From Bilabrum cf. latius (lineage: Eukaryota), in assembly GCA_965178125.1 (NCBI GenBank), contig OZ237772.1:248001-312000 (forward strand): 64,000 bases of DNA, read 5' to 3'. The notes beneath the pieces are model-generated. The model was not told the origin of the DNA, made no database searches, and saw only the letters and a list, made by a program, of their open reading frames with translations. Positions 48,131 to 62,663 of the stretch are shown here, piece after piece. The position numbers and the translations under genes are program-made. Position 1 is the first letter of the stretch. Each line of letters opens with the position of its first letter.

Positions 48131-51100
48131 TTATCCAATTGACCCGGCACCCGCCTGCACACGGCCCGAGCCAGGCCTCGCCACACGTCCACCCTCATGC
48201 TTGTCCTCATGCTCCTGCTGATCGCCTTCGCCTTCACGCTCGTCACAACCATGTTCTCCCGCCTGCTCTCTGTCAAGCGACATGCCGGCCTCTGTGCTGA
48301 TTTCTAGCTCGTCATCGCCTTCCCCATCCCCCCCCTCCTCGTGCTGCTCTGCCCCCTTCGCCTCCTGGCCATGCTCGCCCCACCGCCCGGTCGTCCCACG
48401 GCTCGATGGCCCTGCTCCACCTTGCGCTGCACCCTGCCGCACGGGCCCCGGTGCTGTGGCAGTAGATCCCCGGCTCCGGCGCTCCGATGCGTCGGAGAAC
48501 GAAGCCATTCCGGTTGCTTCGATGGAATTGGAGGCACCCTGCTGCTGCTGTTGCTGCTACTTCTGGCCCGGCAGTGGAGTGGATGAAGCGGGAGCAGCAG
48601 CCGCTACCGCAGGGTCAGCCGCACCCATTGCAGCTGCAGCGGGAGACGGCTCTCGATCACTCGTCACACCTGCTTTGCTGGCGCGAGCCTGGCGCCCCCC
48701 CCTCTGCCGATGGCCCGATAGGCGCCTGGGTGATGCGCTGGAGAATGCCGAGCCGATCGAGGCGCGGCCACTCCCTCCGCTGCCCACGCTCACCGCCCGC
48801 CCCCCCGTCTGGCCCACGCGTCCCGTCCGTCGCAGGGCAGCATCGGTCGCACCCTGCGGCGGACGGATGGTTGCAACCACCGCCCCGTCCGCCGACCCGA
48901 TCGTCGTCACGCCTTCGGCGGCTGATACCGCCAGCTCGCCCGCCGCTGGAGGGACCATCATGCTGCTCCTACTGCCGCCGCTGGAGGTGCCTCCGCGGCT
49001 CGCACCCTGTCTGCCGCGCCGCACCCTGGGCTTGGGCACGAACCCACTCGTCACACCAGCACCCCCCTTGCCGTACCTGTGGCTCTCGAGGGCCGGGTGA
49101 GGAGGGGAGGTGGAGGGCGGGGCGGGGAATGGACCGCCGGGGTGCTGCGAGGCCGCGCCCATGCGCTGGTGCCGGGGGTGGGAAGCAAAGGACTGGCCGC
49201 CCCCGCTGCCCGAGGTTCCGCTGGCGCCGCGCTTGTGACCACCGCTGCCCCCAGCACCTGAGCTGACCCCGGAAGCGCCGCTCCCAGCCGCCACGCGGCG
49301 CCGCGCCGCGGAACCGGAACCGGCCCCTCCCTTGGACGTCAGCGACGTGCGCCGGATGGTTCCGCTGGCGCCGCGACGAATCCCAGCCTGCGCCGAGCCG
49401 GTTCCGGTTCCGCTGCCAGAGCCCCCTCCCGCACGTCGCGCGGCGCCGCTCCCGCCGCGCCGCTGCGACGACCTCTGCGTATAGGTTCCGCTATCAAGCG
49501 CGGCGCCGGGCAGCATGTTGCTCGGCGAGTTACGACCAGCCGCGGCCCCTGGCTGCCTCTTGGCCTAGCTCCCCGTCCGCCTGCTTCCCGCGGTGGGCCC
49601 CTGGACGAGACCGCTTCCGCTGCGGGAATGGGACTGCGGGCGATCGGAGGTTCCGCTCTGGGACTGCGCGGCGCCGGCGAACCCACCACCCATCATCATC
49701 GCCGTTGCGAGGCGTGACTGCCGCGCGCCGCTGCGGCTGCGCATGTGCATCCGATCCGCAGCACTCGTCACACCCGACCCACGACCACTTGCCCCTGGGC
49801 CTCCTGTTGTGGCGGCAGCCGCGGCCGTTGTTCCCTGTTTGTTGGAGTCCTTGCTCCTGCTCCTGCCCCTGCTCGACTTGCGACGGAGAGTACTCACTCC
49901 CACGCCCGAATGCAGGCTGCTGACGTCATCGTCGTCACCTACGTCGGACGGTACGGTGGCCGGTTTGCCCATGGCAATGTGTCGAGGCACTCTGCCTGCC
50001 ATGGATGCGGAACCGGCGCCGCGCGAAGACCGAAGCCTGGATGCTTTGCGCGTTCCTGAGCCGGATCCGTGCGCGGCGCCGCTGCCTGTGGTTCCGCCTG
50101 ATCCGATCCGGTTCCGTCGGGATCCACCGGTGGATGCACCGGAGCTACCAGCCAGCGCTCCTGACCCGGCGGACCCGCTGCTTCCCGCAGCACCGCCGGC
50201 GGACTTGCCCTGCCTCGCGGCAGCTGGCCCCGACACGGTCCGGTGAACGTTCGCCAGCAAACCTCCATCCGAGGCGGCAGCGGGCATGGCCCCGTCCAGG
50301 CTCGTACTGAAGATGGCCTGCCCAGCCAGCACGGGCTGCTGACCCGGCCCCAGCCCGGATCCTGCGCCACCGTTCGCTGCACCCACGCTCAGGGCGCCAG
50401 AGAGGGAATGCGCGTGCTGTGAGTGAGATCCGTGTGACGATTGCGGGATGTGACGAGTGTGTGGGGGGCCGCGTCCCGACCCGGGCGCCCGCCCGCCAAC
50501 GAACCCTGACAGGGAACGTTCGGCTTCGCCCCTCTGGATCCGCTGGACCATGGCGGTTGCAACCGACTGCACGTCGTCGTCATCCCTCAGTCGCGGGTAG
50601 GGGTCGAAATCGGATCTGCGGCTGTCTGTCTCCACGTCTTCCACGGAGGCTTGCGTATGAATAGGCCCTGCCCCTGGCCCTACACCCGCACCCGCGCCAG
50701 CACCCGCACCAGTGCCAGTTGCAGTCGCTGGTGCTGTCGCACGCACCTGTTGGTCTTGCAGTCGATGGATCTGTTCCATACCAGTGTCGGCTCGATGAGC
50801 CAGCGGCGTGCCTTCCTGTGCCTCGGTTGACGATTGCCGCAGCATGTCTTCAGGGGCGCTAATGCTGGGGCGCTCGTGCTGGTACTGGTGCTGGTGCTGG
50901 TGCTGGTCATCGGCGGGATCGGCAGCTCTCGCAGCGCCGGGCTTCGTACCGGCTTGGTACAGATTGCCAGGCGACCCCTCTGTCGCGCCCGGAAGGAACG
51001 GCGGCGCCACAGCCACATCGGCATCGATCACAGGGCCGTTGAGCTGCACCCCTGGGGGTGCCACGAAGGGACGAGGTTCCGCAACGGATTGCGCGGCGCC

Positions 51101-52777
51101 GGATGCCTGGCGGGCCAGCTTTGAGAGGCTGCTGGTGCCTGACGACACTCTCTTCATCTTCGATTTCATCCGACGGAAGGCCGTGTGCCCGCTGCCCACG
51201 CTGTCAGTCCCCGCTGACCCGGCGTGGTGCGAGCCCGGGCTTTGCTGCCCATAGTGCTGTCCCCCGGTTGTTGCTGCTGCTGCTGCTGCTGCGGCTGCAT
51301 ACGACGCGGTTGATCCGTGCGGCGAAGGCACAGCGGCTGCGACAGCCGAAGCGGCCTCACTCTAGTCCTGGTACCCACCGCCGGCCGCGACGATACCAGG
51401 GTGGGTTAGTGCGCCGGTTGCAACCGCCACCCTTGCCTCCGGCCGGGCGTGGATGCTGCCCGTACCCGGCATCAGGCTAGACCCGCCCGACTCGGAGCCG
51501 ATATCATCCCCGCCGTCTCCGCCTCCTGAGCCAGCCGCCCTGCCAGCGCCCGGCACCTCTGGTTCTCGCATCCTCTGAGGGCCCGGCATCGCGGGGTTAA
51601 GGGAGGGGGCGCGGGCGCCGCCGCGTGTGGCGGTTCCGCTGACGTGGGCGGGCGCGGCGCCGCTCTGCGGAACATGTTCCGCTGCGTCAACACCGAGGGG
51701 AGCGTTCCCGTCGGCGTGTTGCGCGGCGCCTGCCTGGTGCACCAGCGATGCTGCCGCGATCCGAGACGACCTGGAGGTTGCAACCGACCGGATGCTGCCG
51801 CGCCCGCTTGCACCACCGTGCAGTGAACCCTCAGGGGAGGGCAGATTGTTCTTTGCAGGTCCCACGGGATTCCCCTGCCAGGTGACTCCCATGTTCTGGC
51901 GCTGCCTCTACAGCTGAGACTGGGCATGAGACTGCTGCTACTGCTGCTGCTGCTTTGCGCGGCGTCTTGGCGGCATGGGTGCAGGGATGCCGTGTGCGCT
52001 TGGTGCTCCAGCACCCGCCGCCTGCATCGCGATGGCATTGAGATCCTCCTGGGACCGACCCCGGCGAGAGGTGCCCCCCGCTCCCTTGGATCCCGCACCC
52101 GCTCTGCGCCTCCTGCGGCCAGACGACGTCCCGGCAGTACCAGCACTGGTGCCGGTGCCGATGCCGGTGCCTCCGGAAGAGCTCGGCTGCTGCTGCCCGC
52201 CCCTGCCCTGTCCTGCGACCATTCCGGGATCGGCTTCCCCCGGAGACTGAGAGGATCGCCCCTCTGATTGCTCCATGCCTTCTCGCTCCAGGACTTCACG
52301 CGCGAACAGTCGAGCCAGGTTGCTGATGAGGTGCTGGGTCGGATCGGCCGGGTCGGCGGCTGGTGGGGCACCGAATGATCCCGGAGCACCGCTCATCGAA
52401 TCGCTCGAAGGGTGCTATCCGGGAATGCCATCAAATGATCCTGGTTCGCGTATTCCGTCCTGCACTGGTACCGGCGGGGATTCAGGACCTGCTCGTTGGC
52501 GAGCGAGCATCGCTTCGCCTGGGCGAGATGAAGTTCTGTCGGCCTGCATCGCCGAATTGCGAGGTCTAGTCATGCCGTGATCGACGGATGGATTAGACCG
52601 CCTTACTCGCTCAGGAATGTTCGGATTGCTGTTGTTCGTGCCCGCAGGTGGAGATGGTGGCGGGGTGCGACCCGGCGCTCGCCTTCCTTGCAAAGCAGTT
52701 TCTGGCGCTGGCCGTCTTCCTCCTTCGGCACGGCTGCCGCGCGGCCTGGTCCTTCCGTCGCTTCTACCTGGTTGCAT
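48131..52777 (-). CDS. Long low-complexity Gly/Ser/Ala/Arg-rich hypothetical protein (~1550 aa)
   Basis: Six listed ORFs in one frame joined by TAG, some inside poly-Q tracts; TAA stop. Confidence 0.65.
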
Positions 52778-53969
52778 GCGAATCGTTGTGCAGCCAGCGC
52801 TCTTGCTAGCAGGACTCTGCTTTATGCAGGCAGAATCGATTCCGACGAGTCCAGTCCACTGCTTCCTTTCTCGAGGTCTGCAAAGAATAAACCTGCGGTA
52901 CGTGATCTAACAACAGTAAATTAAAGTTAGTTGTCAATGGACATGGCTACAATGAGAGATGATGTGCCGCTTCATGCACGGCCAACTAGGAAAATGCAGC
53001 GCTGCTGCACCCTGTTCCAAATGTCGATGCGGCCTGGAACCTTAACTGACGCAAGTATTGCATGCAGTCAAACGAGCCGGTCAGCAGCCAATTGCTCATA
53101 CACACTCCACTTGACTACACGATTATCGGCGCGGGGCACAGAAACCAAGAGGCCAATGGCTGAGCGTCGAGAAAAACGTTGCCAACCAATCGACTTAATT
53201 GTCACTGGCACAACCAAACTACTGGCGAAGCAAATTTTACTGTTCCAGAACATACCGTAACGTACTCTAGTTTCCTTCCAAGCTCTCTGAACACACAACA
53301 TAGGGAATGACAGAATGCAGATAGCAGGCAAGACTCTTTTATAGTTCACAGCTTTCACGACATGAACCACAACAAGAACTGACCAATGCGTGTAAATACA
53401 CAACAACAACCAATTAGGATGGGATCCAGTGACTTCTATGCAATGCATCGTTCAGTTTGCAGGATATGTCTCGGGAGTACTGCAGCGCAGCAGACCGATC
53501 TTTGCACCGATGCCCCATATCTCTCAGTCACTCCTATAACAACATATTAATACCATCCTATTTATAAACAGCATAATATCGTTGGTAATTCAATCCGGCA
53601 AAGGACCAGGATAGAAAACAGCATGGGCAAGGCATCGAGGGATTTCCACCAATAGCTGCTCATGACGCCAGTTCTGTACTAATAGTGCATCCGGTAAAGA
53701 GTTCTCACTTAGATTATAACACGTAAAATATATACCTGAACTAGCGCTTAATATATCGCCTAGCACCCGCACAGTTTGCCAGAGAAGTCGTCGTGTCACT
53801 GGCGAGACAGCGGAACCATTCTTTAGGTTCGCTACGAACCTGTTTTGGCTCGATGGCCCGTCGCCGCGCGCGCGGACAGTTCCAGAACGATCGCACACAA
53901 GTGCCTCTGCCAGCGTGTTGTTAAGCCATTGCGCCAGTATATTTAATTTAGTAATTCTTTTCGTCTAGG

Positions 53970-54896
53970 ATGCCGATCGTGTATTCTGTGATAGCGCGGG
54001 GCAAGGTTGTGCTTGCTGAGTACTCTGCTCAGACTGGCAACTTTCCCACCGTCACTAGGGTACTCTTGGAAAAGATTGAACCCAAAGACTAGAAAATGAG
54101 CTACACATATGACCAGTGAGCGTTCTACGCCGTCCATCCATTCGCATGCCAATCAGTGGATGACATGATGCTGTTGATCACGCGCTGCATGTACAGTCAA
54201 TGCCGTCCAAGGTCTATGTACTGCTGTGGAAAATCGGTTGCTGGCAATGATTTGTATCAGTTCGGCTGCCTGACACTACGGCCCATATGCGTTCGCATTG
54301 GTGCCTTCGAAGCAGACCTGGGACTCGGCACGCACGCCACATACGGATGGACACGGACCGACCCAATTGCTCCCACTCGCAGGTACATTTTCAACTTTGA
54401 GGTGGACGACAATATCACGTACTTGTGCCTGACGGACCAGGACGAGAGCCGAAAGAGGCGGGTGGCCTTCCAATTCCTCGCCGAGATGAAGCAGGCATTT
54501 AGGAGGCAGTTCGGCCAGCGGCCCCACACTGCCATCGCCTTCTCTCTGAACTCCGAGTTCCAGTCCACCATGGCGGACTTGATCCAGCGCTTCAACAGCG
54601 GAGAGGGGGACGCCTTCAGCCGCGTGCAGGGCAAGCTGGACAACGTGAAGGACGTCATGATGCAGAACATCGACAAGGTGCTAGACAGGGGCGAGAGAGT
54701 CGAGCTGCTCGTCGAGAAGACAGACGAGCTCTCCAGGTCTGCGCAGAAATTCCAGTACTCGAGCCGGAACTTGAAGAACGCCATGTGGTGCCGCAACGTC
54801 AAGATGTGGCTGCTCATCATCGGTATCGTGCTCGTCATCATCTACTTCATCGTGAGCTTCATCTGCGGGTTCAACTTCAAGAAGTGCAGGAAGTGA
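53970..54896 (+). CDS. VAMP7: Longin R-SNARE VAMP7 (exons 53970-54115, 54383-54896)
   Basis: MPIVYSVIARGKVVLAEY...GNF..V longin start, PKD(TAG)KMSYTYD, GT-AG intron, synaptobrevin VKDVMMQNIDKVLDRGERVELL, C-terminal TM. Confidence 0.92.
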
Positions 54897-55384
54897 GGGA
54901 ATCGGCTGGTTTGACGACTGCATCGTGTGACGAGTACACTGCGGAGGGAACGATGGTGTGTCCCGGGGGTTGGTCCCTGGAGCGCACCATGTGGATCCCA
55001 ATCTGATCGTGCGATGGTGATGATGATGGTGACGATGATGTCGACTATGCGTGCTGTGACGCGTGCTGGTGGCTGCCTGCGTGCCGCGCTCGGGATTGGG
55101 AATCAAGAGGCAAGAGGGGGTATGGGCGTTTTTGGCTTACCGCTCTTGCCTCTGGGTGGTGATCGCGGCAGGTGGGTGTGGCAAACTACACGCTACCTAA
55201 CCGATGTGTTTTATTCTAGTGTTGGCTGTGACTGAGGTACTGGCTTCTGTCCATACAACATATTCTTGCTTTTGTGCGAAGTAAACCTGCCTTGGCATTG
55301 GTCAGCATGCAAGTCCAGCCCACAGCATGCGAGGTCAGCCCAAAAACTGCTCCTGTGATCGGCTGTCACTGGCACAACATCTGC

Positions 55385-58300
55385 TCAGCGCCCACCCGTT
55401 TGCGCCGCGATCGCCGCCCTGGCCACCTCTTGTTCCCCGCGACCAGCACCCCCGAAAGACCCTCCCACAAGTCCCCTGCCCGACGCCCCCCGAGGCCGCA
55501 CCAGACGCTCGCTCGAACCCACGCGCACGATCCTGCCGGAACCGTTGTTCCCTGCATTGCCAGCATTGCCCTCTCCACTCTTCCCAGAACGGCTCGACGC
55601 CTCCCTATTGTGACTCCGAATCCCGGCACCCGAGACGGACCCCTCGCCCCCTACAGCCCCGGCGCCCCCAGGGATGCCGTCCTCTCCGGTCTACACTTCC
55701 CCTCCCCCTTCCACTTCCCCCCTCACCTCGGATCTTGCACTAGCGCCCGCCCCTGCTCCTGCCCCTGCCCCTGCACCTGTCCCTGTCCCTGCTCCTGTCT
55801 CGCCTCCGGAACCTGCCAAGCCACCCCACGGCGACCCTACGCCGCTGACGGCCTCCCTCTCCCGCTGCTTCTGCTCAAGCTCCGAGGACTGGATCCGGCG
55901 CCGCGCAGCGGAGCCAGATGGAGACATGGCGATCTTCGCTGGGCTAGCGGCACCGGTTGTTCTCTCGACCGCCGGAGGTTCCGCATTTCGACTGCCGCCG
56001 CGCACCGGGGAAGAATCGCCAGACATGCCCGTCACCATGCTCAACGGATAGGTTCCGTCCGTGGCTGCGGAACCTCGTCGCCGCGAGCTTCGGCGAGAGG
56101 GAACCTGCGGAACCATCTGCTGCTCCTTTAAGCCCACCCCCCCTCCCCTGCTACTGGATCTGCCCCTCCCCGCGCCCACCCCGCTGCCCCGGCTGCTCCT
56201 GCTGCCGCTCCTGCTCTCGGACCTCTTCTGCTGCCTTCGCCTCCGCCTCTCCTCGGCGGTTTCGTCCCGTCGCAATCCACCCCTGGACTGGCGACCACGG
56301 TGGTGATCCGATCTCTCGACCCCCTGACCCCCACGCGGGGACAAACCCCCGGGAGCCAAACCCCTCACCCCCCCTCCCCCTCCCATGTGCCTCTGTAGCA
56401 CCTTCGGATCCAGCCCAAGCCCGCCCCCCATCCCGATCGTCCTACCAGACGCAGTGCGGCCGTGCATGCCCCTGCCTCCACCCATGCCCAGCCCCATGCC
56501 CATTCCCATTCCCATTCCGAGTCGGGAGGAGGCACCAGGCAGGGCACCGGCGCGGCCGAATGTGTTGCTGCCACCGCGACGGTGGTCCGTGCTCCGATCG
56601 TCGCCGCGCATTCGAGGTTCCGCAACAGTGGCGCCGCGCAATCCTGGTTCCGCCCCGCTGCTGCCCCTCACGGCAGACCTGCCTGCGCCCACCCACCCCC
56701 TCTCCACCGAACCGCCCATCGTCCCGCCGCGCCCATTCCCGTTCCCATTCGCGAACGATCCGCCGCGGCCGCTTCTTGCTCCGTTGATGTTGCCGAATCT
56801 GCCGCTGGTATCTCCTCCGGCACCATCCTCCTCCACCTCCTGCAGTACCGCCCCCAGTGCGGCCTCGTCGAAGCTTCTGCCCCACCTCGGTGGCCCCCTA
56901 GCTCCACCATTGACCACCCCGACATTGGCCACCCCGCTGGTCCCTGTCCCGCTGCTGCTGCTGCCCGTCCGGAACATCCCCCCCATCCCCATCGATTGAA
57001 CCCCCCTTGGGGTCTGCGAGAAAGAACCCCCGAAGGACCCCCGTCCGCGGGACCATGACCCCCGGGGTGCCCTACCAATCGCACTCGTCACACCAACCTA
57101 GCCACCCATCGACTTTCCTTCCCCCCCGGACCCGTTGCCAGCACCAGCACCAGCACTGATCCCGCCGCTGTATGTGTCACCCCCTGTCAGGCTGTTGTTC
57201 GCCAGGCGCATGTCCGGGGGCTTGTACGCTCCCAGCAGCGGAGTCAGTCCGGTTCGGGACCCTGTGTTCCCTGGACTGTCCTCAACCCACTCGTCACTCC
57301 CTTCCAGAGAGCCCCCCAGGAGTTTCTTCTCGCCCACGCGGCCCCGGCCCCGGCCCCGGCCCCGTACGCAGCAGCAGCAGCAAGTCTGCGCACAGCTGCA
57401 CTCGTCACGTGACGAAACCCCGTCCTCACTCGTCACACCGTCTCTGCCTCCCCCGCAGCCCACACAGGCGCCGACTACAGCGCCCATGAGCATGCCGCCA
57501 CCCGCCGCTATGGCCGCGAAGGGCCACGGCACCTCGTTGTACCCACCAAACAGACCGTGGTGCCCGTTGTTCTCCGGCTCGCAGTCCGCTGGCAGCGCGA
57601 ACACGGGCGAGTCGAGCACCGCGAGTTTCGGGTCTAGTCGATCCAGCCCCTCGTACATGAAGCATTCCGTCCTCCCGCCGCACCCGAACGCGAGGGGTGC
57701 CTCGAGGCACTGAATCGCGAAGGAATCCCCGGTCACGTACCCGGAATTGGAATTGGAATCGGAATTGAAATCGGATCTGCTGCCGGATGAGAGCAGCTGC
57801 CCACGGGCCCGGCCTGCACCACCGTGCAGTGCGCTTGCATCCCGCTGCGCCACGCGGAGCATTACCGGCACTGCCGTGGAGGGGATCGAAGGGTCCTTAG
57901 CACTCGTCACACCTCCACTCGTCACTCCTTTATGGTTCTCGGGCGCGACCCACAGGTCCCTGCAGTTGACCGGGTCCTGCCACCTCGCGGTTGCAACCTC
58001 GTATGTGGCCTCCCCCCGGCCCCCCGCCAGCCCCGTCGTCAGGTTGACCGTCTGGTTGCCCATGAAGGACACTGAAACAGAAGGGTCCCTCAGCCATGCG
58101 AGGTCCGCCCCGGCCACGCCCAGCGACCACGTCCCGGCGGCGCAAGTGACAAACGATCCACCGGTGGATTCCGATCCGAACGCCGACCCGCCAGGGTCGC
58201 CGTCCTTGGTCGCAAACTGCGCGTTGAGGCTGGACGGCCGCTGCGGCGAGAGTGCAGTGAACTGCCGCGCACTGCCGTTCGTGTACTGCACCGACACCGC

Positions 58301-58762
58301 GGATGCCACTGCTGCCGAAGGCTCGCTGGCTCCGACGAACCCTCCCAGTCCGGAGGGCCTAGCAGGAATCGGCTGGCTGCTGTTGTAGGGAACACGAGGG
58401 AACATGGTGTCCACTCTCCATGCGAAATAGCCACCCTGCGGAGCTCCCGGGTACACGCCTCGGTTGCCCACCCACGCTATGTGCCTGGTGTGGCTGTCTG
58501 CCGGCGGCAGTGGCTGCGGGTCACGCAGCCGCTGGGTGGATGTGCTGCTTGCATTGTCTTGTATTATGCCGGACCAAGTGTCGCTTCCATCGATGATGCT
58601 CTCTATGAGCTCGGCCGACCACTGGAACATGTGGTACCTGGCCACAAACTCTGTTGCGATCACCGGGCGATCAGGCGTTAAGTCGCATACTGCTTGCTGC
58701 TGCACTATTACCATAAATAACATGCAAGCGCACCATGCGAATCCTGATCCATGGCATGCCAT
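55385..58762 (-). CDS. Type I membrane protein with Cys-containing ectodomain and Gly-rich cytoplasmic tail (~1125 aa)
   Basis: Signal-like N-terminus, TM WPFAAIAAGGGMLMGAVVGACV; ORFs 57098-58762 and 55691-57091 joined by TAG; TGA stop. Confidence 0.6.
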
Positions 58763-59043
58763 TGATTTCGGTCACGCGCAGTTGCCGTTCAGAGCTCGTC
58801 CAACGCGGGCAAGGTATGGTGTATTGACGGATCCCTTGCGTTAGATTCCCACCGATCAATTATGAAGAAATGAGATTTCCAGGCAGATGTGCGGATATGC
58901 TTGGTTGTGGGCCAGGAATCCGAGAGCAGGCGAAACAAATACCAGACATCGATGATGATGAGCGGCACGCAACAATGGCTCGGAGAGATCCAGCGATCCA
59001 TCGGGGCCCTTACTCGCCGCATTTACAAAAACGTCCACACACA

Positions 59044-61365
59044 ATGATGCGAGCTACATCTGCATTTATGCGCAGATCGGTGCGACTCGCTAGGCATCTT
59101 TCAGCCGCAGTTGGTCGTGGTGTTGCAACCCAGTTCGTCCGGGCGAGCACGCCAAAGGCAATTGCAACCGGTGCTGCAATTGCTGCGCTTGGCTCAGCGG
59201 CATCAACCAACGCATCGACTTTGGAATCAAACGATCTTTCGTCCGCGCCTGCTCGTGCGTTCCACCCGATTGTGGACAAGGCGCGCGACCGTGTCGAGTA
59301 CCAGCGGCCGGTGCCCTCGGACATCGCGGTGAGCCAGAGCGTGACACCTCTTCCCATCCGGAAAGTAGCGGAGGCCGTCGGAATATTGCCGTCAGAACTG
59401 ACCCCGTACGGCGATGACAAGGCGAAAGTGAGCCTCAACGTGCGCGAGCGCCTCTCCGGTGTCCCTGACGCCGACTATGTAGTAGTGACGGGAATCAATC
59501 CCACACCTCTGGGAGAAGGCAAGTCCACGACCGTGCTGGGCCTGGCACAGGCCCTAGCAGCTCACGAGGGCCTGAAATCATTCGCCTGCATCCGTCAGCC
59601 GTCCATGGGCCCCACCTTCGGGATCAAAGGCGGCGCTGCCGGTGGAGGGTACGCCCAGGTGGTCCCCATGGAGACGTTCAACCTGCACCTGACGGGCGAC
59701 CTCCACGCGATCGGGGCAGCCAATAACCTGCTTGCTGCGGCGCTGGACACGAGAATGTTCCACGAGACGTATCAGACGGACGAGCAGCTCTTCAATCGAC
59801 TTCTGCCCAAGCTCAGGGCAGGCGGCGGCTCCAAGTCGGCAGCTGCAAGCAAGGGGGGCAAAGGGGGGAGCGATGACCCCAACGGCGCCCCCGCCTCCTC
59901 GGCCACCCGCACGCGCAAGGTGGCTGAGACCATCCGCCGGAGGATCGAGCGGCTGTTCCCCGACAAACCGGAAGCACAGACCAACCCGGAAGTGCTGACG
60001 GAGGAGGAGCGAAGGCGGCTGGTGCGTCTCGACGTGGATCCATCCACCATCACGTGGCGGAGGGTGGTCGACATCTGCGACAGGCTGCTTCGGGGGATCA
60101 CTGTGGGGCAGGGACCGAAGGAGAAGAAGAGGGGTGTGCGCGAGACCGGCTTCGACATCACGGTGGCGAGCGAGGTGATGGCCGTGCTGGCACTAGCGAC
60201 CTCTTTGGACGATTTGAGGGATCGGTTGGGCCGCATGGTGGTGGGCTACTCCAGAGACGGAGAGCCAGTGACCGCAGAAGACGTGGGCTGTGCTGGTGCC
60301 ATGGCCATTTTGCTCAAGGACAGCATGGAGCCGACGCTCATGCAGACCGTGGAGGGCTCCCCCGTCTTCGTGCACTGCGGGCCCTTCGCTAATATCGCGC
60401 ACGGCAACTCGAGCATCGTGGCGGATCAGATCGCTCTCAAGCTCGCGGGCCAGGAGAACGGCGTGGTCGTGACCGAGGCGGGATTCGGAGCCGATATTGG
60501 CGCGGAGAAGTTCTTCGACATCAAGTGCAGGTACAGCGGGCTGCGGCCCCAGGCGGCGGTCATCGTCGCCACTGTGCGTGCGCTCAAGACGCACGGGGGG
60601 GGGCCTAAGGTGGTGAGCGGCCGCCCGCTGGACCCGGTGTACAAGCAGGAGAACCTTGAGTTGCTGCAGAAGGGCTGCTCCAACCTGGGTAAGCACATCG
60701 AGAACATCCGAAAATTCGGTGTGACGCCCATCGTGGCGGTCAACCGGTTCACCACGGACACAGACGCCGAGGTGGCCCTGGTGCAGGAATTTGCGACCAG
60801 GAATGGGGCAGCCGCCGCAGTGGAATGCAACCACTGGTCGGACGGAGGGAAGGGCGCCAGGGAGCTGGCAAGGGAGGTGAAGAGGGCCTGCGAGACGAGG
60901 CGGGCAGCGGACAAGGCATCTGCCAGCTGGACCAGCAAGAGCAAGAGCAAGAGCAAGGGCGAGGGGGAGGAGACCGACGAGGAAGGTTCCTTCAGGTTCC
61001 TTTACCCCGATTCGATGCCCCTGAAGAACAAGATCGAGACGGTAGCAAAGGAGATCTACGGAGCCGACGGCGTTACCTACTCTGACGACGCCAGCAGGCT
61101 ACTGGACAGCTACCAGGCAGGGGGTCACGGCCACCTGCCCGTGTGCATCGCCAAGACACACCTGAGTCTCAGCGCGGACCCGGCGCTTAAGGGCAGGCCC
61201 ACGGGTTTTAAGGTGCATGTGAGGGATGTGAGGCTGAGCGCCGGTGCGGGGTTTGTGTACCCTCTGCTTGGTGACATCATGACGATCCCTGGGCTGCCCA
61301 CGAGGCCTGGTTTCATCGACATGGAGCTTGACACCAAGACTGGGCGGATGGAGGGGCTATTCTGA
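59044..61365 (+). CDS. FTHFS: Formate--tetrahydrofolate ligase, probably mitochondrion-targeted
   Basis: [56 protein letters not shown]; Arg/Ala-rich presequence from 59044 (frame is open from 58870). Confidence 0.95.
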   Translation: MMRATSAFMRRSVRLARHLSAAVGRGVATQFVRASTPKAIATGAAIAALGSAASTNASTLESNDLSSAPARAFHPIVDKARDRVEYQRPVPSDIAVSQSVTPLPIRKVAEAVGILPSELTPYGDDKAKVSLNVRERLSGVPDADYVVVTGINPTPLGEGKSTTVLGLAQALAAHEGLKSFACIRQPSMGPTFGIKGGAAGGGYAQVVPMETFNLHLTGDLHAIGAANNLLAAALDTRMFHETYQTDEQLFNRLLPKLRAGGGSKSAAASKGGKGGSDDPNGAPASSATRTRKVAETIRRRIERLFPDKPEAQTNPEVLTEEERRRLVRLDVDPSTITWRRVVDICDRLLRGITVGQGPKEKKRGVRETGFDITVASEVMAVLALATSLDDLRDRLGRMVVGYSRDGEPVTAEDVGCAGAMAILLKDSMEPTLMQTVEGSPVFVHCGPFANIAHGNSSIVADQIALKLAGQENGVVVTEAGFGADIGAEKFFDIKCRYSGLRPQAAVIVATVRALKTHGGGPKVVSGRPLDPVYKQENLELLQKGCSNLGKHIENIRKFGVTPIVAVNRFTTDTDAEVALVQEFATRNGAAAAVECNHWSDGGKGARELAREVKRACETRRAADKASASWTSKSKSKSKGEGEETDEEGSFRFLYPDSMPLKNKIETVAKEIYGADGVTYSDDASRLLDSYQAGGHGHLPVCIAKTHLSLSADPALKGRPTGFKVHVRDVRLSAGAGFVYPLLGDIMTIPGLPTRPGFIDMELDTKTGRMEGLF

Positions 61366-61525
61366 ATCTGCGAGATGTGTGGCCGGTATGGATGGTATCA
61401 AAATAGTGTGCATATAGCATCACGAATCGAATATCACGATTATATACGAAGGTAGGCTAGAGTGTTTGGGCCCAGCAGCTGAATAGCAAGCCACTGCCAG
61501 CCTAGGCGTGATTTTGCCACGCCTA

Positions 61526-62485
61526 TTATCGCGCCTGCATGCCAACTACTAGCACATTTCCTACTATCACCATCGCCAGGTCGTGCAGCGCATTTCGGAT
61601 CATGACACGCGGCACCCAGGACTGAGCCAGGTCAACAGCCATTGGGCGGAGCGCAAGCAACCACGCGACCCAGGTCCCCAATGCACATGCAATACCACCC
61701 AACCACAGTACAACCAGCATCCGTGATTTGGTTGGTTCGCTTGCAGGTGGAGTGCTTTGGCAAGCGGACACTGTCAGCAAGCGAGCAGTGCACTTGCTCA
61801 GCCACGCGAGCACGCCATGCTCCCATGCACTCTCACATCGTAGCAATTGAAGCACTGCCCAAGCCACGCACACAAACGATAAAATTGATACCAAACATTC
61901 TTCGCCCGTGTGGAACAAAAGGCAGGTCGCGGATGCGACGTACGACGCAATGAATTGGAACGTCAGCGGAGCTAGCGAACCCCACACCCTGTGCTTTTCT
62001 TGCGCACTAGCACGCGTATGCTGCACCTAACTCTGAGGTGAAACATCAGGGTTGACTGCAGCAGCGATGCTAGTTTTCCTTGCTGCTTCACCGCTGGTCT
62101 ATGTCTCCATCCTTGCACGCACTGCTGCCAACGCAGCAGGCCACATGCCACAGAACAACACCAACAAGTGTCCAGACGGGTCAAAAACCCATCCAGATGG
62201 ATTATTCAAACGCTATATGTGCTTGATCCAGCGCACAGTTGGGGCTAATACCAAAAAGCTGCCGATCGAGGCCGTAATGTCGTCGCTGGTTATGTTGCCG
62301 CAAGCAGGCAGCGACGCTAGTATCCATGGCAACGGGCCAAAGAGTCCGGTAAACCTGCCGATTAGTAATGCCGCGCTCCAACCGACGTTTGATTCGAACG
62401 AGGCTTGAGAGAATACTCGAAGCACAGACAGCGAAAGTGCAACCGCCGGGAAGATCAACCCAAACTGCCCTTTATACGCCAGCAT
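61526..62485 (-). CDS. FIT (fat storage-inducing transmembrane, FITM2/Scs3-like) family protein
   Basis: With TAG=Gln, ORFs 62213-62509 and 61526-62026 join; motifs GWVFDPSGHLLVL and ATCLLFHTGEE; multiple TM segments; TAA stop. Confidence 0.7.
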
Positions 62486-62663
62486 TGTACGCCACGCCGC
62501 GCTCAACAACTAAACAGGATATTTTACTGTGTACTCATAGTAAAGGTCCCGGTCAACAAACACTTAGCAGTGTGATAGATGACATTTGATTGCTGTCGTC
62601 ACAGCTGCCACTAGCACGCCGCGACTTTGTTGCAGCCTGGCGCAAACTAGTGAGCAAGCAAGC

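Noticed and set aside
52931-53930. Possible small host gene between the low-complexity gene and VAMP7
   Set aside because: Short ORFs on both strands without recognisable motifs or a convincing start or splice model
54156-54382. N-terminal extension of the VAMP7 ORF in the track
   Set aside because: Lies within the GT-AG intron; the real longin N-terminus is exon 53970-54115
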